Assembly: GCA_963575745.1 (NCBI GenBank)
Contig: CAUYUJ010000286.1
Coordinates: 1-64,000, forward strand
Reading direction: 5' to 3'
Length of the DNA stretch: 64,000 nt
DNA from: Prorocentrum cordatum
Lineage: Eukaryota
Both the position numbers and the translations under genes were made by a program. Of the stretch, positions 28,526 to 43,394 are shown in pieces. Position 1 is the first letter of the stretch; each line of letters starts with the position of its first letter. The notes beneath the pieces were generated by a model. That model was given only the letters and a program-made list of their open reading frames with translations, was not told the origin of the DNA and ran no database searches.

Positions 28526-31500
28526 GATGCACTCAGCATTGCATGTGCCGTCGCCCAATCCGGTGTCTTTGAAATGTTGCAATGCCTTACATTTCTATAT
28601 TCCTTTTCCGGGTTCGTGGGACGATCATGTTGCAATGTGCGCGTATGACGTGGCAACAACGTCTGCGTAGTTGCACACGCGTGCTCGCTGTCGCTGGCGA
28701 TGGCGAGGTGGATGAAATCGTTAACTTGCGCAGCGCTTGATGATGATAAAAAATCTGATAAGATAATGCACAAGTTGATGAGCAACGTTGCGTTGAAAAG
28801 GATACATGATGACGTGTGAGGGGTGTGCCGACATGGGCGTGGCGGTATACGCGCGCAACCACGGTTCAGGCTACGGGGCCACGACGAAGCGTGCGAGGAG
28901 TGGCGACGACGACGACGACGAACCGTGCAGGCAGGCAAGACGATACCTTCGATACCACTAAGACCAGCCCAGACGGGGCCGCACGGAGGCGGCAACGAGC
29001 GGGCACCGGGCGGAACCCTGGGAGACCCGGCGCACACGTCTTGCGTCGGCGGCCAGGCAGAGGGACTGCGCTGGCGAGCTGAGCAAAGCGGGGTGCGTCA
29101 GGCGAGTTCAGCCAGCCGCATTCTGGGGAGGGCACCGGGGACGATTTTGCTACGATGTTTTACCATTTGTTGAGCTGTTTGACTGTTTCTATTTTTCGTG
29201 CATAATCCGCCTGTGGGAGGACCAGGAGGAGAAGGGCAAGGCGCCGGCCCAGGAGGGAGACCAGGGGGAGCCGGGACCCGCTCAGAGCAGCCCCGGGATG
29301 TAAATCCGGCGAGCACGCGAGGTGGCGACGTGGCGGCGACGGGCGCCCACAGGCCGGAGCCCCGGCAAAGCCAGCCACAGCACGAGGCGGCGACGAGGCG
29401 GTGGCGGGCAGCACAGGGTGAAAGCCTGGCCAACGAAGCCACGTACTCGGGGAGAGAAGTGGGAGGTCCTTGCGTAGTGCGAGCACTGTGTGGAGAAGAA
29501 TCCTCGCGCAGGGCGAATGCCAGGCTCAAAGCACGGGCTGGTTTGGAGCTGCCACAGCGCTTGCAGCGCACGCAACTCTCGGAGGTGGCACCAAGACCAG
29601 AGCCGACGGAGTACCAGTGACAGTGCCAGGGGGGTCTACTGCTCGCGACGTGGCTGTGGCCCTTTTCCAAAATGAGAGGGTCGTCAGGATGGAGCAGTGT
29701 CATCGGTACAACTTCTCACGGGTTACCCTTGCACTTTAGAGAGAGAGAGAGAAGAAATAAAATAAAAAGCTACGCAGGCTGGGGGCAGGGAGCCTAGGGC
29801 TTGGGGCCAAGAGTAGGAGCATTCGCGCGGCAAGCGCTGGATGGCTTGTCACAAGACGGAGCTGTGAAGCCGACGCGCGACTCAGGCACCGAGCTAGGAA
29901 CGGAGATGCCTGCCAGGCTCCCAAAAGGGCTGCGGACCCAGCCCGAAGGCACGAACGGACCCGATCAAGGCGGTGCCGAGCGCAACGCTTCGGGACACGG
30001 CTGCTTCCGCCAACGTGCCGCAGGCACGTTGGGGCGCTGTAGGATGCCCGTCAATTGTATGGTAGGGCTTCTGCACTGCTACTAGGGCCGACCCCTCCCC
30101 CACAGCCAGCATCCCAGCTCTGAACATCGCCGCCCCGCCTGGATTTGACCCACAGCGTCCCATGCGGCCTCGTAGACGGCTCCACGCCCCAAGTCCACAA
30201 GACGACGTCCGAAGGATCTCTCTCACATGATCCAGATCTTCCCTCAGCTTCCCAAGAGGGCCCGAGAAGCCTTCAAGAGACTCCCCAACGAGACCTCCAG
30301 AGAGTCTCTCAGAGGCGACGAAACAGAGGGAAAACAAAACCAAGCATTGCGTGGTACTTCCGAATTGTATTTGCTTTTGACCGCCTCGGAAAAGCTTCGG
30401 AGAGCTTCAGGGAGACCCAAGGCGGCCCAAAACTGCCCCAAGAGCGCCAGAACACAGCGCCTATGCTGCCCGAGAACCCCGAAAGACGGCCCAAGTCCAA
30501 GACGGCCGCAAGACCCACGCAGACGTCGTCCCCAAGATGATGCAACCGAATTGTTCGCGAGAGCTCTGCGAAATTACCGCGCCCACGACGGCCCCAGGAC
30601 CCCCGACGGGCTCCCAAAGCGTCCGAACGGACCCCCCAAGAGGGCACAAAGTGGCCCCCAAGAGGCCCCCAAGAGATCTCCACAAAAGGGAGGAGAGAGA
30701 AGGAGGAGGAGGGGGAAAGGAGGAGGAGGAGGAGGAGAAAAAGGAGAAAGAAGGAAGGAGGAACAAGACAACGATGCTGTGGACAAAGAAGTGGCGCTTC
30801 AGACCCGCACCAGTTCAAACAAAGCACTGAACTGAAGCGGACCGTACATTCGCCATCTTTCCTGCTGCGCTGCTGCGTTGGTACGGTGGCGAGGTTTGCC
30901 GCATTCAGCAGACTAACGCAAGAACCAGGTGCGCGAGCACTATGTGGAGCCTCGTCCACGTCTTCATCCTCGAGCCCTTCCTCACCCTCACTCTCATCCT
31001 CGTCATCATCTACTACTTCTCCCAGCCATCGTCCTCGCATAGTCCCGCTCCCCCATCCGTGCCCCCCCCTCCCACTTCTCTCTTCCGCATGGGACCACTC
31101 CTGTTCATTGATCTCATGAGGCCAAATGTACTGTAGAGTCACCCCAACAATCGAGAACGGTTTCCACACCGGTGGCCCTGCAGGAGACCCTGATCCTCGA
31201 AGGCCACTGAATTCAGGGCTGAACCTAAACGGTGTTTTTCGTTTTCGTGTTGTTTTCGTTGTCCCTCGCAAAACGAGGTAGAAACGAAAACGGCCCACGA
31301 AATCAGCAAAAACACCGTTTAGGTCCAGCCCTGACTGAGTTTCCTCGCCTGCCTCAGACAACGAGGTCCTCGAAGGATCCCCTCGCACAAAGCACACGCA
31401 GGCTGCTCGCGGTGACGACACGTGCACTGGAGGAACGAAACGGAGGCGGGAACATTGGAGACTGATGAGCTAGCATTGTGGATGCCATGACAATGGACAC

Positions 31501-32668
31501 TCTAACAATCCCATCATTGAATTCAAGATATGTTTAAAGTGTGCAGAACATGTTATAAAAATGTTTCAAACATGTGTTTACATATTTAGACATGTTTGAA
31601 ACATCTTTTAAACATCTGGAAATGAGTTGGCAGCTTGCTTTCTCTCCATTAATCGACTTGCACAAAGCTAGCATGGTCATCCTCCCAGATGAGACACCAC
31701 GCGATGCTCTGAAACTTGCGAGGAAGATCAGGCAATGCACTCAAGGTGAGCCTTGCCCTGCTGGGAGAACTGCTTGTGAATGGACTTCAAGGTTTTCCTC
31801 CCCCGCCCGCACACGAATGAAACAGGCATACTCTGATGAACCCTTCTAGTCATCAGGACAAACTGCTCCCTCTGTTGTGGTCAGTTGCACTCACGTATAG
31901 CACTACATCCCACGCATGACAAAATCCTGCTCCATGTAAGGCCCTCGAGTAGCTGAGAAGGAACTTCTGAACAGAAGCTCTGTGAGACCCTGGTGCAGCC
32001 CCGGCAGGTCCCCGCTGCCCGAGCCCCACGACGAAACATTTCCCCCACCCATCCATACGTGGGAGCATAAAACAAGTTTGAAGGGGCCCTGGGACACACA
32101 AGCAAATACACACAAATAAAAAGATTCCCCATATTTCCCCATATTTTCTGGGTTTTTGTCTTCCCCACCACTTCCCATATTTTCCCATATTTTCTGGGGG
32201 ATCGACGATTAATTGTGTCTGTGTGTTTTTTTCCCTCCTTGAAAGTTGCCTCGGAGGAAGGCCTCCTTTGACGGTGCCTCGGATCGCTGGCCCAACGGCC
32301 TCCACCGCAGACGCCCCGCTGCCACACGGCCAGCCATGAAGAAGGCGTTCCCCAGACAGAATACTCACCTGACCTCTCTCGGGAACAGCCCGCGTGGAAG
32401 GAACGCGGGAGGGGACTCGGTCAGACTGTCGCGCCGGCTCGAAGGGGCGCGACTCTGGCTGCTTTGGTCGCTCCAGGGATGCGGCCCACATCTGGCATGG
32501 TCCGCGGGAAGGGCTGGTCGACTCCTCCCATGAGCGGAGACTGCTGGCGTCATCAGACTGCACGGGACTCTGTTGGAACGTCACGGCCGCTCAGATGGGC
32601 CAGTACCCCCTCGCCTGCCATGAACTTCAATTGAAGGACATCGTGCTCTCGGCTGGAGTGCCTTGAGT

Positions 32669-32845
32669 TTCGTTTAAACGATCCCCATCCCCAGCGGCGT
32701 GGCCTGGGCCCCACTGGCCGATTCCCCCCCCTAGATGGGGATATAGGCCGTTCCCTTCGGGTTTCGAAGAGTGTGTCCCCTACTGGGGCGGTGACTTGGT
32801 GGGGGTCTCGAAGGGGATGCTGGGGGTGGAGGTCGGTCAAGCGAT
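32669..32845. mobile_element. Degenerate copy of the ~180-bp MITE at 48018-48196
   Basis: Shared CGATCCCCATCCCCA...CTGGGCCCCACTGG...GATGGGGATA...CTTCGGGTTTCGA...TCCCC.ACTG blocks. Confidence 0.65.
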
Positions 32846-34309
32846 GACTGATGCCCGGCCGGGAGGTCGAGGAGAGCACCGCGTGGCAGGGAGCGCCCGG
32901 CAAGCCCTTCTGGCAGGCTGCCGGCGTGCCCCGTCCGCGACATGGGCAGGCCGCCCCGCACCGCTGGGGAGGGGACACTGCAGGGGCCCCCAGGGACACT
33001 CCAACAAATGCACACCCGATCCCAGGATTCCCCATGTCTTCTCACATGTTCTCGATGCTCGTCTTCCCCCCCCCCCACTCCCCATCTTTTCCTGGGGGTC
33101 AGCGAATTCACTGTGTCTGCGTGTTTCTCCCCTCCTGAGACACCTCAACCGACTCCGCCTCCTGCTATGACTACGCCATGTCGCTCGCCGGCGAGACGTT
33201 GCTGGCGAGCACCGAACCGCGACTGCAGGGATCTCGGAGAGGAGGAGGAGGAGGAGGAGGAGGAGGAGGAGGAGGAGGAGGAGGAGAAGAAGAGGAAGAG
33301 GGGGAAGAAGGGGAGGAGGGTGAGGGGGAGAGGGAGGAGGAGGAGGAGGAGGAGGAGGAGGAGGAGGAGGAGGAGCAGCAGGACGAGGAGGAGGAGGAGG
33401 AGGAGGAGGAGAGGGAGGAGGAGGAGGAGGAGGAGGAAAGAGGAGGAGGGGTCGCCTAAGCCCTTCGGAGAAACCCTCCACATGCGGATACCTGGAGGTG
33501 CTGCCTCCTCTCCCCCTCCCGATCGCGAGGAGGCCTCGAGGACAGGGGCGGGGGCGGTGCGAGCGAGCGGGCGCGCCGCTCTGCTTCCGAGCGCGCGCCC
33601 TGCACGCCACCAAGAGCGGGAGCGCGGGCAGAGTACGGCTGCGCTCGCGGAGGGGGGAAGGGGAGGATAGAGGGCAAAACATCCACCCCCAGAAGTCGGC
33701 GGTGGACAAACCTGCCTTTGGTAAACCTCCCCTTTGTGAAAACGGCCTGGGGCCGAAACCGACGGACCTGGGCCCGCAAACATGACGGCCGCGACGCCCT
33801 CTCGCGAACCGAAAACTGCCAATTCCTTAATCGACGTGTCAGGGTAGGAGGTCTATTCTCCTTGCTAAAAAAACAGACTCTACCCCTCCCCCCCCAGCAT
33901 TATCGGCCCCCCTTTCGGGTATGTAAATCATATATGATTATGACCACATGTCCATGTCCATCCGAAATATGAATGTACACCTATCCCTGGGGGGCAGATA
34001 TCGACCCCCCTGAGGTTCGCGGGGACATCTTTTGTTCTAACATAACACTTGCTCACGAATCCCTTGCAAAGAAAGGGGACGAAGTGCACACGCGCGCGCC
34101 GTCGCGCGCGCATGCCGAAATCCTCCAAAAACCTTGGGCGTCAGAAGGATTACGCAATCGAGTTTCCAAAAAAACATACAAAAACACAGAATTCCGCAAC
34201 ACGGATTTGCTAAATTACCCTGTGGCGTACCCAACCCATTTGTATCAGCGGAAACCATGAGTTGGCCGAAACTTGTATGGACAATCAACTTGATGTGTAA
34301 GCTACTTGG

Positions 34310-35340
34310 GAGGCGTCACTGTGCTGGGCCCCGCAAGCAGGCCTCGAAAGTGGCGACAGTTTCACAGATCGTAACCCCCCAGGGATGGCCAGGTCTAATT
34401 TGAATATGCGTGTGGCGTCACTGTGCTGGGCCCCCCAGCAGGCCGCGAAAGTGGCGACAGTTTCACAAGTCGCAGCCCCCCAGGGATGGCGAGGTCTAAC
34501 TTGAATCCGCCGTGGGTACCCACTGTGCTGGGCCCCCAACAGGCCTCGAATGTGGCGACAGTTTCACAGATCGCAGCCCCCCAAGGACGGCGAGGTCCCA
34601 TTTGAGTCCGCCGTGGGTACCCACTGTGCTGGGCCCCCCAGCAGGCCTCGAAAGTGGCGACAGTTTCACAGATCGCAGCCCCCCAGGGATGGCGAGGTCC
34701 CATTTGAGTCCGCCGTGGGTACCCACTGTGCTGGGCCCCCCAGCAGGCCTCGAAAGTGGCGACAGTTTCACAGATCGCAGCCCCCCAGGGATGGCGAGTC
34801 CCATTTGAGTCCGCCGTGGGTGCAGACTGTGCTGGGATGGCGAGGTCCCATTTGAGTCCGCCGTGGGTACCCACTGTGCTGGGCCCCCCAGCAGCCCTCG
34901 AAAGTGGCGACAGTTTCGCAGATCGCAGCCCCCCAGGGATGGCGAGGTCTAATCTGAATCCGCCGCGGGTGCACTGTGCTGGGCCCCCCAGCAGCCTCGA
35001 AAGTGGCGACAGTTTCACAGATCGCAGCCCCCCAGGGATGGCGAGGTCCCATTTGAGTCCGCCGCGGGTGCAGACTCTGCTGGGCCCCCCAGCAGCCCTC
35101 GAAAGTGGCGACAGTTTCGCAGATCGCAGCCCCCCAGGGATGGCGAGGTCCCATTTGAGTCCGCCGCGGGTGCAGACTGTGCTGGGCCCCCCAGCAGCCC
35201 TCGAAAGTGGCGACAGTTTCGCAGATCGCAGCCCCCCAGGGATGGCGAGGTCACATTTGAGTCCGCCGCGGGTGCAGACTGTGCTGGCCCCCCCAGCAGC
35301 CCTCGAAAGTGGCGACAGTTTCACAGATTGCAGCCCCCAG
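34310..35340 (+). repeat. 102-bp tandem satellite, ~10 copies
   Basis: Unit CCACTGTGCTGGGCCCCCCAGCAGGCCTCGAAAGTGGCGACAGTTTCACAGATCGCAGCCCCCCAGGGATGGCGAGGTCCCATTTGAGTCCGCCGTGGGTAC. Flanked by related blocks (34057-34210, 35590-35740) that recur inverted at ~62920-63300. Confidence 0.95.
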
Positions 35341-35769
35341 CTGCCCTCGAAACGCAGCGACGAGCCAGGTAAAAGGCAGGGGGGAAGAGGGGGGCGGGAT
35401 TCGCGCGAGCAGTGCTCTATTCAAAACGAGAACCCAACGCAGGAGGGTTGGGAAAAAGCTTACGCGCGAGCTCTTGCGAAATTACGACAACCTTAGGTTT
35501 TTCAAGATTTTCACAAAATGCAACCAAACGGGCTTCGCGCGCGCGCATGTCGAAATCTGTCGAACGCCCTTGCGCGTGTGCCGTCGCGAGAATCCTCTGC
35601 AAAAAATGGGACGAAGTACAGACGCGCGCGTCGTCGCGCGCGTATGCCGAAATCCTTCAAAACCCATCGGCTTCGGAAGGATGTCAACACCGTCTGTCCA
35701 AAAAACCTTCAAACACACAAGGTTTCGACACACGGATTTTCAACAAAAGCGTGCGCGCGCGCTCTTGCG

Positions 35770-36430
35770 TCGTCGTCGTCGTCGTCGTCGTCGTCCTCCC
35801 TCCTCCCGCGTCGTCGTCGTCGTCGCCTACGTCGTCCTCTGTCTTTCCTCGTGGTCGTCGTCGTCTCCCCTCCTACCTCGTCGTTGTCGTCGTCGGCGTC
35901 GCCGTCATTCCTCATTCCTCGTCATTCGCGTCGTCGCCGTCCTCCCTCCTCCCTCGTCGTTGTCGTCGTTGTCGTCGTTGTCGGCGTCGTCGTCCTCCCT
36001 CCTCCCTCGTCGTTGTCTTCGTTGGCGACGTCGTCGTCGTCTTCGTCGTCGTCGTCGTCGTCGGCGTCGTCGTCGTCGTCGTCGACGTCGGCGTCGTCGT
36101 CGTCGTCGCCGCCGTCGTCGTCGTCGTCGTCGGCGTCGTTGACGTCGTCGTCGTCGTCGGTGTCGTCGTTGTCGTCTTCGTCGGCGTCGTCATCGTCGTC
36201 GTTGTCATCGTCGTCGTCGTCGGCGTCGGCGTCGTGGTCGTCGTCGTCGGTGTCGTCGTCGTCGTCGTTGTCGGCGTCGTCGAAGTCGTTGGAGACGTCG
36301 TCGGTGTCGTCGTAGTCGTCGTCGGCGGCGTCGTCGTCGTCGTTGTCGCTGTCGTCGTCGGCGTCGCTGTCGTTGCCAAGTGCGTCGTCGTCGTTGTCGC
36401 TGTCGTCGTCGGCGTCGCTGTCGTTGCCAA
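35770..36430 (+). repeat. (GTC)n-rich low-complexity tract
   Basis: Degenerate trinucleotide run. Confidence 0.95.
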
Positions 36431-38210
36431 GTGCCATCTGATACCCACCGTCACGGTCTTAAGAGATTTTGCAAATCAAGTTGCGGGTGGGTGGGTGGGA
36501 TGATTGCGCGAGCAGTGGAGTTGACAACTTCAAGTTCGGCAAGTGAATCCACCCCCATCGTAACCACCACGACAAGCGAGGCCGCTTAGGAAACGCACCC
36601 AAAGAAGGAATCGAACAGGGCAGGGCTGTTTCGTAAACGCCCAGGGCCGTTTAGTGAACGCCAACTGTCCAGTCCAGGTGGCGTTTCCTCCCTTGGGGGG
36701 AAGAGGGGAAGGACGGCGACGACAGCAAGGCGGCGGGCAGCGGAGGACAACGAAGACGAAGAGGACCAGGACTAGGTCGGGCCTGTCCCCCTGCCGGCGG
36801 ATGTTGGACGAAAACTAAAAACATAGTCGAAAAATACCCTAAAATGGTCATCAGAAATTGTCCGAAATTCGTCCCCAGACTATTTCTTGACCATCTTTCT
36901 ATATTCCTCCTGTAGAGGGACGTGCCCGACTTAAGACCAGGACGAGAGCGAGGCGAAGGAGGAGGAGGAGGAGGAGGAGGAGGAGAGGAGGAGGAAAAGA
37001 GGAGGAGGAGGAGGGGGAGGAGGAGGAGAAGGGGGAGGAGGGGGAGAGGAGGAGGAGGAGGAGGGAGGAGGAGGAGGAGGAGGAGGAACGAGGGAGGAGG
37101 AACGAGGAGGGGGGCAGGCTGCATGGATCGGCCGCCACCCGCCACTCCTGAGGTTGCGGTCCATGATCTCCCCGGCTCGTCTGAGGGCGGTGCCCGCCTG
37201 GCTGGGGGAGCGGCGGAGGTCTGCGGAGGGAGGGATTATGGAGGGGGAAAAGCACACAGACACAATGAATCGTCGATTCCCAAGAAAATATGGGAGAAAC
37301 TATGGGAAGTGAGGGGAAGGCGAAGACACAGAAAAGCATGAGAAAATATGGGGAATCCTTGGATATGTGTATTTATGTGTGTGTGTGTGTGTGTGTCTCT
37401 GGGCCCCTTCAGAGATGAAGAAAGAAGGACAGGGGAGAGGAGAGGAGGGGGAGAGAAGACGGATGAGAAAGAGGGGGGCAGGTAGGGGAGGCAAAGAGAA
37501 GAGGGTGTTGGAAGATCGGCCACACGCGAGTGGCCCTCGGGAAGGACTGTTACGACCCGTGATCTGTGCGCTGGGAGGCGTGCCTGGAAAACTGTACGCC
37601 TCAGTACCCACCGCAGGCCCCGCACTCCCCTCTGCATAGTCATCCCGCCTGGCGCACGGCCTCCATCGGGGCAAAGCAGACACGATTGGGGGACTGCCAC
37701 CTCCCAGCCATGCAGCGCATTGGCGTTGCCGCACCTAACACTTCCGACGGCTCCATCTTTGTCCAAGTCGCAAAACCCCTGGAGCTCCCGACCCCTTCCC
37801 GGCGACTCGTCTTTCAATCCGACGCCTTGATTGATGCCCCTGGGAGGATCTGGCCGCGCCCCACGCCGCGCGCTGCCTCCCGGCAGCCAGTGCTGGCCGA
37901 CGCGGGAGGGAGAGAGAGAGAGAGAGAAATAAAAGAACAAGAAAGAAAGAGAGAGAGAGAGAGAGAGACGAGAACGAGAAGAAAGCAAGCGACAGCGATC
38001 GCACAGGCGGGAGGCCAAGGCCAGTGGGACGAAGCCGGCGCAACGGACAGAGGGAAGACTCGACAGCAGAGGAAGCAGGGGCCAGAGGAAGGGCGCAGTA
38101 GACGTGGGCGCGCAGGCAGACGGGGCGGGCCTAGGGGCCGGGAGCGGAGGGCCGCCCGCGACAAGGCTGCGACACCTGCGACGACGCCCACCCGGCAACG
38201 CAGGAGGGGG

Positions 38211-38310
38211 NNNNNNNNNNNNNNNNNNNNNNNNNNNNNNNNNNNNNNNNNNNNNNNNNNNNNNNNNNNNNNNNNNNNNNNNNNNNNNNNNNNNNNNNNN
38301 NNNNNNNNNN
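38211..38310. other. Assembly gap (100 N)
   Basis: Run of n. Contiguity across it is not guaranteed. Confidence 1.
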
Positions 38311-41300
38311 TCCTCCTCCTCCTCCTGGGTGCGAGGCGGGGATTCATCCATATCCACCGCCTGGGGACTGGCGTCCTGGCGCCCCAGCGGGCGGCGGACG
38401 TGGACAGATGTTGGCCCCCGGGGGCCCGAATCTATCCACATCCACCGCCTGCCGAGGTCCCCGAAAATTGATCCTCCAGGCGGTGGTCATGTAGAAATTC
38501 CCGCCTCGCCATGGGGCCCTCTGCGGAACGCCAGGGTCGTCCTCGTGGGGGAGGACGCCGCAGGGCTCGTTCGTCGCTCGGGTGGGGCGGTCCCAGGAAG
38601 AACGGCCACGGCGAGCGGCCGCGGCGTGGCTTGGCCGGCAAAGACCCCTGTCGGCCGCCTGCCGCGGGGTGGCTCACCCGGCGGCACCCAGAGCCTGGCT
38701 CGTGCTCCCACCCGGCGTTAAATAAGGGGAAGGGGGGGTCCTGGGGGCCCGGAGGCCACTCCCAGGGGCCGAAAGCGGCGAACATAAAACTCATGGCGCG
38801 ACTTGCTCGAGTCGCCAGAGGTCTCGGGCGCGCCGCCGCACAGTGGCGCCATCCTCTCACGCTGCTCTCGCTCCCCGCGCACGCTCCCGCACCTCTGTCC
38901 CCCACTTCCCGCACAATGCCGCATTCCCTTGCCTCCACCCGAGCCTCCGCTGCCCTCTGGTATCATTATCCTCATCCTCCTCCGCCCCCTCCTCATGCTC
39001 CTCCGAATATTCCGTATACTCCTCATACTCATCCTCATCCTCCTCCACATCGTCCTCCTCGTCTCTTCCCCTGCTTCTTCTGATTGCCCTCCATCAATAC
39101 CTGCAGTGGCCAACCGCAGTCTCAGAAATACCAGTGGCTCGGCGAACGTCGCGTCAAACGAATGAATACACGAGTGAAACATGACTTGGCAGCTCTCGCT
39201 CTAGAAAGTGGCACATTGGAGGCATCTCTGGATGGCAAGTCTATGTGGCTTGACAACGGCAAACCTGGACGAAAGGACTCCCACATGATCCACACCAAAA
39301 AAATGTGAAGTCAAGAGTCTCAAATCCTCTTTCCCAAGCACGGAAGTCCCGAGGACGATCCATACACCGACCGAGCCGGAGCGAAGAACGGTAATGAGCA
39401 GAAGCGGCAGCATGAGCATGAGCCAGGCTGATGAAATCAAGCAGAAGACTCCTCATGATTTGCTAAAACTCGGAGGGGGTGCAGACCGCCCCAACTCTAC
39501 CCCGCGGAGTCTTCATGGTGAGCGTTTTTGTTATCCAGAGTTTCGACATTGGGCAGCACGGGGGGAGGGGGGGGTCTGGCTCCGGACCTCTGCTTAATGC
39601 GACTGTTTGCAGATGTGCGGCCTGCGGGGGAGGGACTCCACCTGCTCGAAACGAGCGCCAAAACAGCCAAGATCTCGGGGGGGGGGGAGGGGGGGGGTAC
39701 GAGGGCCCGCGCCGGTCGGCAAAACAATGAATAACGATCACCATGAGGAACGGCGCCCTGGCTACACCAAGCGCGTGCACACCCCCACCCGAGCCTGGTA
39801 GACCTCCATCTTGGTCATGGCTGCGGCCGCCTGCTTCATGAGGCCTCACAAAAAAATGCAAGCTGTCACTACACTTAGATCAGGCGCCCCCCTACAGGCG
39901 GACTTGGAGCGAAAAATTAAGACAGACAGACAGACAGATAGACAGACAGAGCCCGCGTCGAGGCACCTACGAGGGTGCTCAAACAACCGTCAAACAAATA
40001 GTCAACTAAAACTCAAAAAATCGTCGAGAAACCGTCCCCTGACTATTTTTTTTTCGAATATTCCTCCTGTATAAGAACAGGCCCGACTTAAGACTACACA
40101 TGGGTGGCGGGAGGAGTGAAAGAAGAAGGGTGCTCAGTTCTGCACGCAGACGGCAGAGACCACAGAACCACTCAGGGGAGACGAGATCGACAAGGGATCA
40201 GACGGCGCATGACGGTTGGACCTCGCCCGACCTGGATGCTTGCTGGGGAGGGCCAGCGGACTGGTGGCACACGCAAATCCAGACTGGACCTCGCCCTTTT
40301 CTGGGTGCCGCAAAGCTTGCAACTGCCCCCACTACCTCTTACACCACGCGGGGTTCCCCCCCGGACTGGGACGCATGCAAATACAAACGGCGCATCGACT
40401 TCCCAAGGGCCTGCCACGCGCGCAACGGTCGCCACGTTGCTCCCCTGTTGGTGCACGCAGACCCACCCCCAGGAACTGCCAAACGTCTTGGGCGGGTTAG
40501 GTACATCCATCAGCATTCAATGTTCTACGGTCTCGTTTCCAGAAGTAAATCAAAAGCGTCCGGAATTCCAGAAACAGTCCAAGACCGCCCAAAGACGGCC
40601 ACAAAACAGAACACACTTTTCCGAACTGACAACAAAATTGGCGGGCCCAGCATGGTCCAAATCCGTGCCTGAGATAGCCCATGGGGCACGATCCGTATGA
40701 ATGGTGCGCCGAAATAAGCGGGCGCATGCTGTACGAACGCCCCAGCTGTGGCCGCACGTAAGTCGAACTCTCTGCGGGGCACGACTCGTGAGAGAGGAAC
40801 GCCGAAACGGGCATGCAGGCAGCAGCACGTAGCGCAGCAGCAGCAGCAGCAGCAGCAGCAGTGGCAGGGAGAGGAAGAGAGAGAAGGGATGAGGAGGTGC
40901 ACGGCGCAGCGGAGAGAAAACGAGGACCCAACACGACAGCAGGCTCGCGGAAAACGATGTGGAACTCAGTGTCTTGAGCACTATAAGACCGCATGGCTAA
41001 CAGTTGCACGGATACTGTTTCCGAATGCCGTCAACGACAGGCGTGCCAGGAGCAGGGCGCCCTGGTCGCGCGACGGCAACCCCCTACGGGCGGACTCGAC
41101 TGGACAGGACACGCGAAAGAAGGACACGAGACCCTTCTGAGGGCCACGTTGCCACAGGAATGCAAGAAGCATGGGTCGCGAGACACAGGACACCAGGGTA
41201 CCCTTGATCTGGCAGGGTCCACCTACTAATCTGGGCCGACTCCACCCAGAGTTCTCGAACTAGAACAGGAGCGATCACGCAAGGGGGGGGGGGGGCCGGA

Positions 41301-43394
41301 CGGGCGGCGCGGCGCGCGCTCCCAGCGGAACCCAAACTGGCACGCACGCTGCCGACCAGCCTGGAGCGCCCGATTCGCACTTTGCCCAATACCTCGCGCT
41401 TCGCTTCGCTTCGCTCGCAGCTCGATGTCCCGTTGGACGAAGCTGTTCGCGCGGCCGCGGCCGCGCGCGCGCGCCCGAGGCGCGCGGAGGGGGCCACCCC
41501 CCCGACACGGGCCCCCGCCAGGAGGGCAAGGAGTAGAAGCCGCCTAGGCCTCGCAGGAGAAGCCGCTTGGGCCTCGCAGGGGGAGAAAAAAGGGCCCAGA
41601 AGTTTCGGGGCCCAATACCTCGCGCTCCTCCTCCTCCTCCTCCTCCTCCTCCTCCGCCTCCTCCTCCTCCTCCTCCTCCTCCTCCTCCTCCTCCTCCTCC
41701 TCCTCCTCCTCCTCCTCCTCCTCCACGCGGCACTGGCGCCTCCCCCCCCCGCCCAACGGGCGTGCCAGGAGTGGGGGTTCGGGCGATGGCGCACGGGACC
41801 AGCCTGGGCGATGGCGCACGGGACCAGCCTGGATTTTCCAGCCGCAGCGCGCTGTCCACGCGGCGGCTGAGAGAACGAGAATGGGTGGCCCAACAGGAAC
41901 TGCATGCATCACCCCAGACTCGCGATCAGCACGCGTGCGTGGCCCTCCTGAGCACCGCCAACCGCTGGCTGCTGCCCCGCCGCCACCTGGCAAACGGCTG
42001 CGTGGAGAAGCCCCCAACGAAGAGACAGGCTCGCTGCGCGAAGTCCGCCGAAGACGCGGCCGATCAGCCCCTCCAGGCCATCCTCGCCGCGACGAGACGC
42101 GCTGAAGTCGCCGCGCAGCTCGGCGAGCTCACCAAGCACCGACTCGAGGGCAAGTCGCTGCCAGCGCGCGCCGCCAACGAGCCGCAACGTCCTGCGAGGC
42201 CCCCCGCGCGCGGCATTGGCCTCTCGGCGGAAACCCACCGACCGAGGAGTCGGATAGGCCAGCTGGCGACCTCTGAGCGCGCCAAGGCCCTGCGCCCCGG
42301 TGGACCTCGGACGACTGCCCCCGACACGCTCGGAGACCTCGGGAGCAGACGGCGCGCCCTTGAAACGTGCTCCAACGACGCGAACCCCAGCCTCGACGAT
42401 GTGTCCACGCAGGTGCTCTCTGAGACCGCCGCCCTCACATCTTGAAGCCGGTTCCTTGCTCGAGCCCGGCGCTGAAGTCGCACGCGTTGATACCAAGCTG
42501 GCCTGCCACCCACGCGCCACTACTCGCCGCTGACGAAGGGAGAGCTGGGAGCCGCGGCAGACATTGCTCCCGTCAGCGCTGCTGAGTCCTTGGTCTCGTC
42601 CGGAAGCTCCTGCATGCGCGGGTCGTACGCCGCCTTGAGGGTTCTCATTGCGTCCGGGAGCTGGGTCGTTATGCGCTGGGTGGAGATACCGAGGACGTCC
42701 ATCATGCCAGCAGGAAGACTGTCGAACATGGCCCCTCCCTCCACATGGGCCTTCAGACGCATCTCATCCGTGCGCATTTCGCATCACGAGACGAACGGAA
42801 ATCCACCCTCATCTGGGCGGCCATGCTGTTGACAGAACATGAGGGGGCAATCGGATCAGCAACTCAACAATTACAGAGGCTCTGGGACTACACGAAGAGG
42901 AGTTGGCTCCGTGTGCGGACCCACTCCCTTGAGCCAGAAGGGGGAGGCCCCGTTGCATCCGGCCAGCGCTCTGGGATGGGAGAACCACGAGGGACGCGGC
43001 GGCCGCTGGCGCGTGGCGCTCGGCCCCTTGACTCGAGGCACCTGGTCCCCGAGATGCACCCGTCGTCGCCGTACTCGTCGTTCTTGTCATACTCGTCGGC
43101 GTCGGCGGCGGCGTCGGCGTCGTACTGGTCGTTGCCTGGTGGGGTCCTGGGCCTCACGGGTTTATCGTCCCTGCCGGAAGCACGTGCCTACAGTACACGT
43201 TGGTCGGAAGAATCGACACCTAGACTTGAATACACATATGAGATTGAATAGGAAACTGTGCAAAGCAAATTCGGCTTCGGCACGCCCTCGAAAAAGGAAG
43301 GGAATGGGAAATCCCTTCGACTGTGAAGTAGGAAGGTGCTCAAGATATACTGCGATCTGCGCTTCCAGAAATACACATGTGACCCACGAGTTCT

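Noticed and set aside
28800..30050. LINE 3' Cys/His domain remnants (also ~32250-32650 and ~37500-37900)
   Set aside because: Only vague, frame-broken resemblance, not enough to call.
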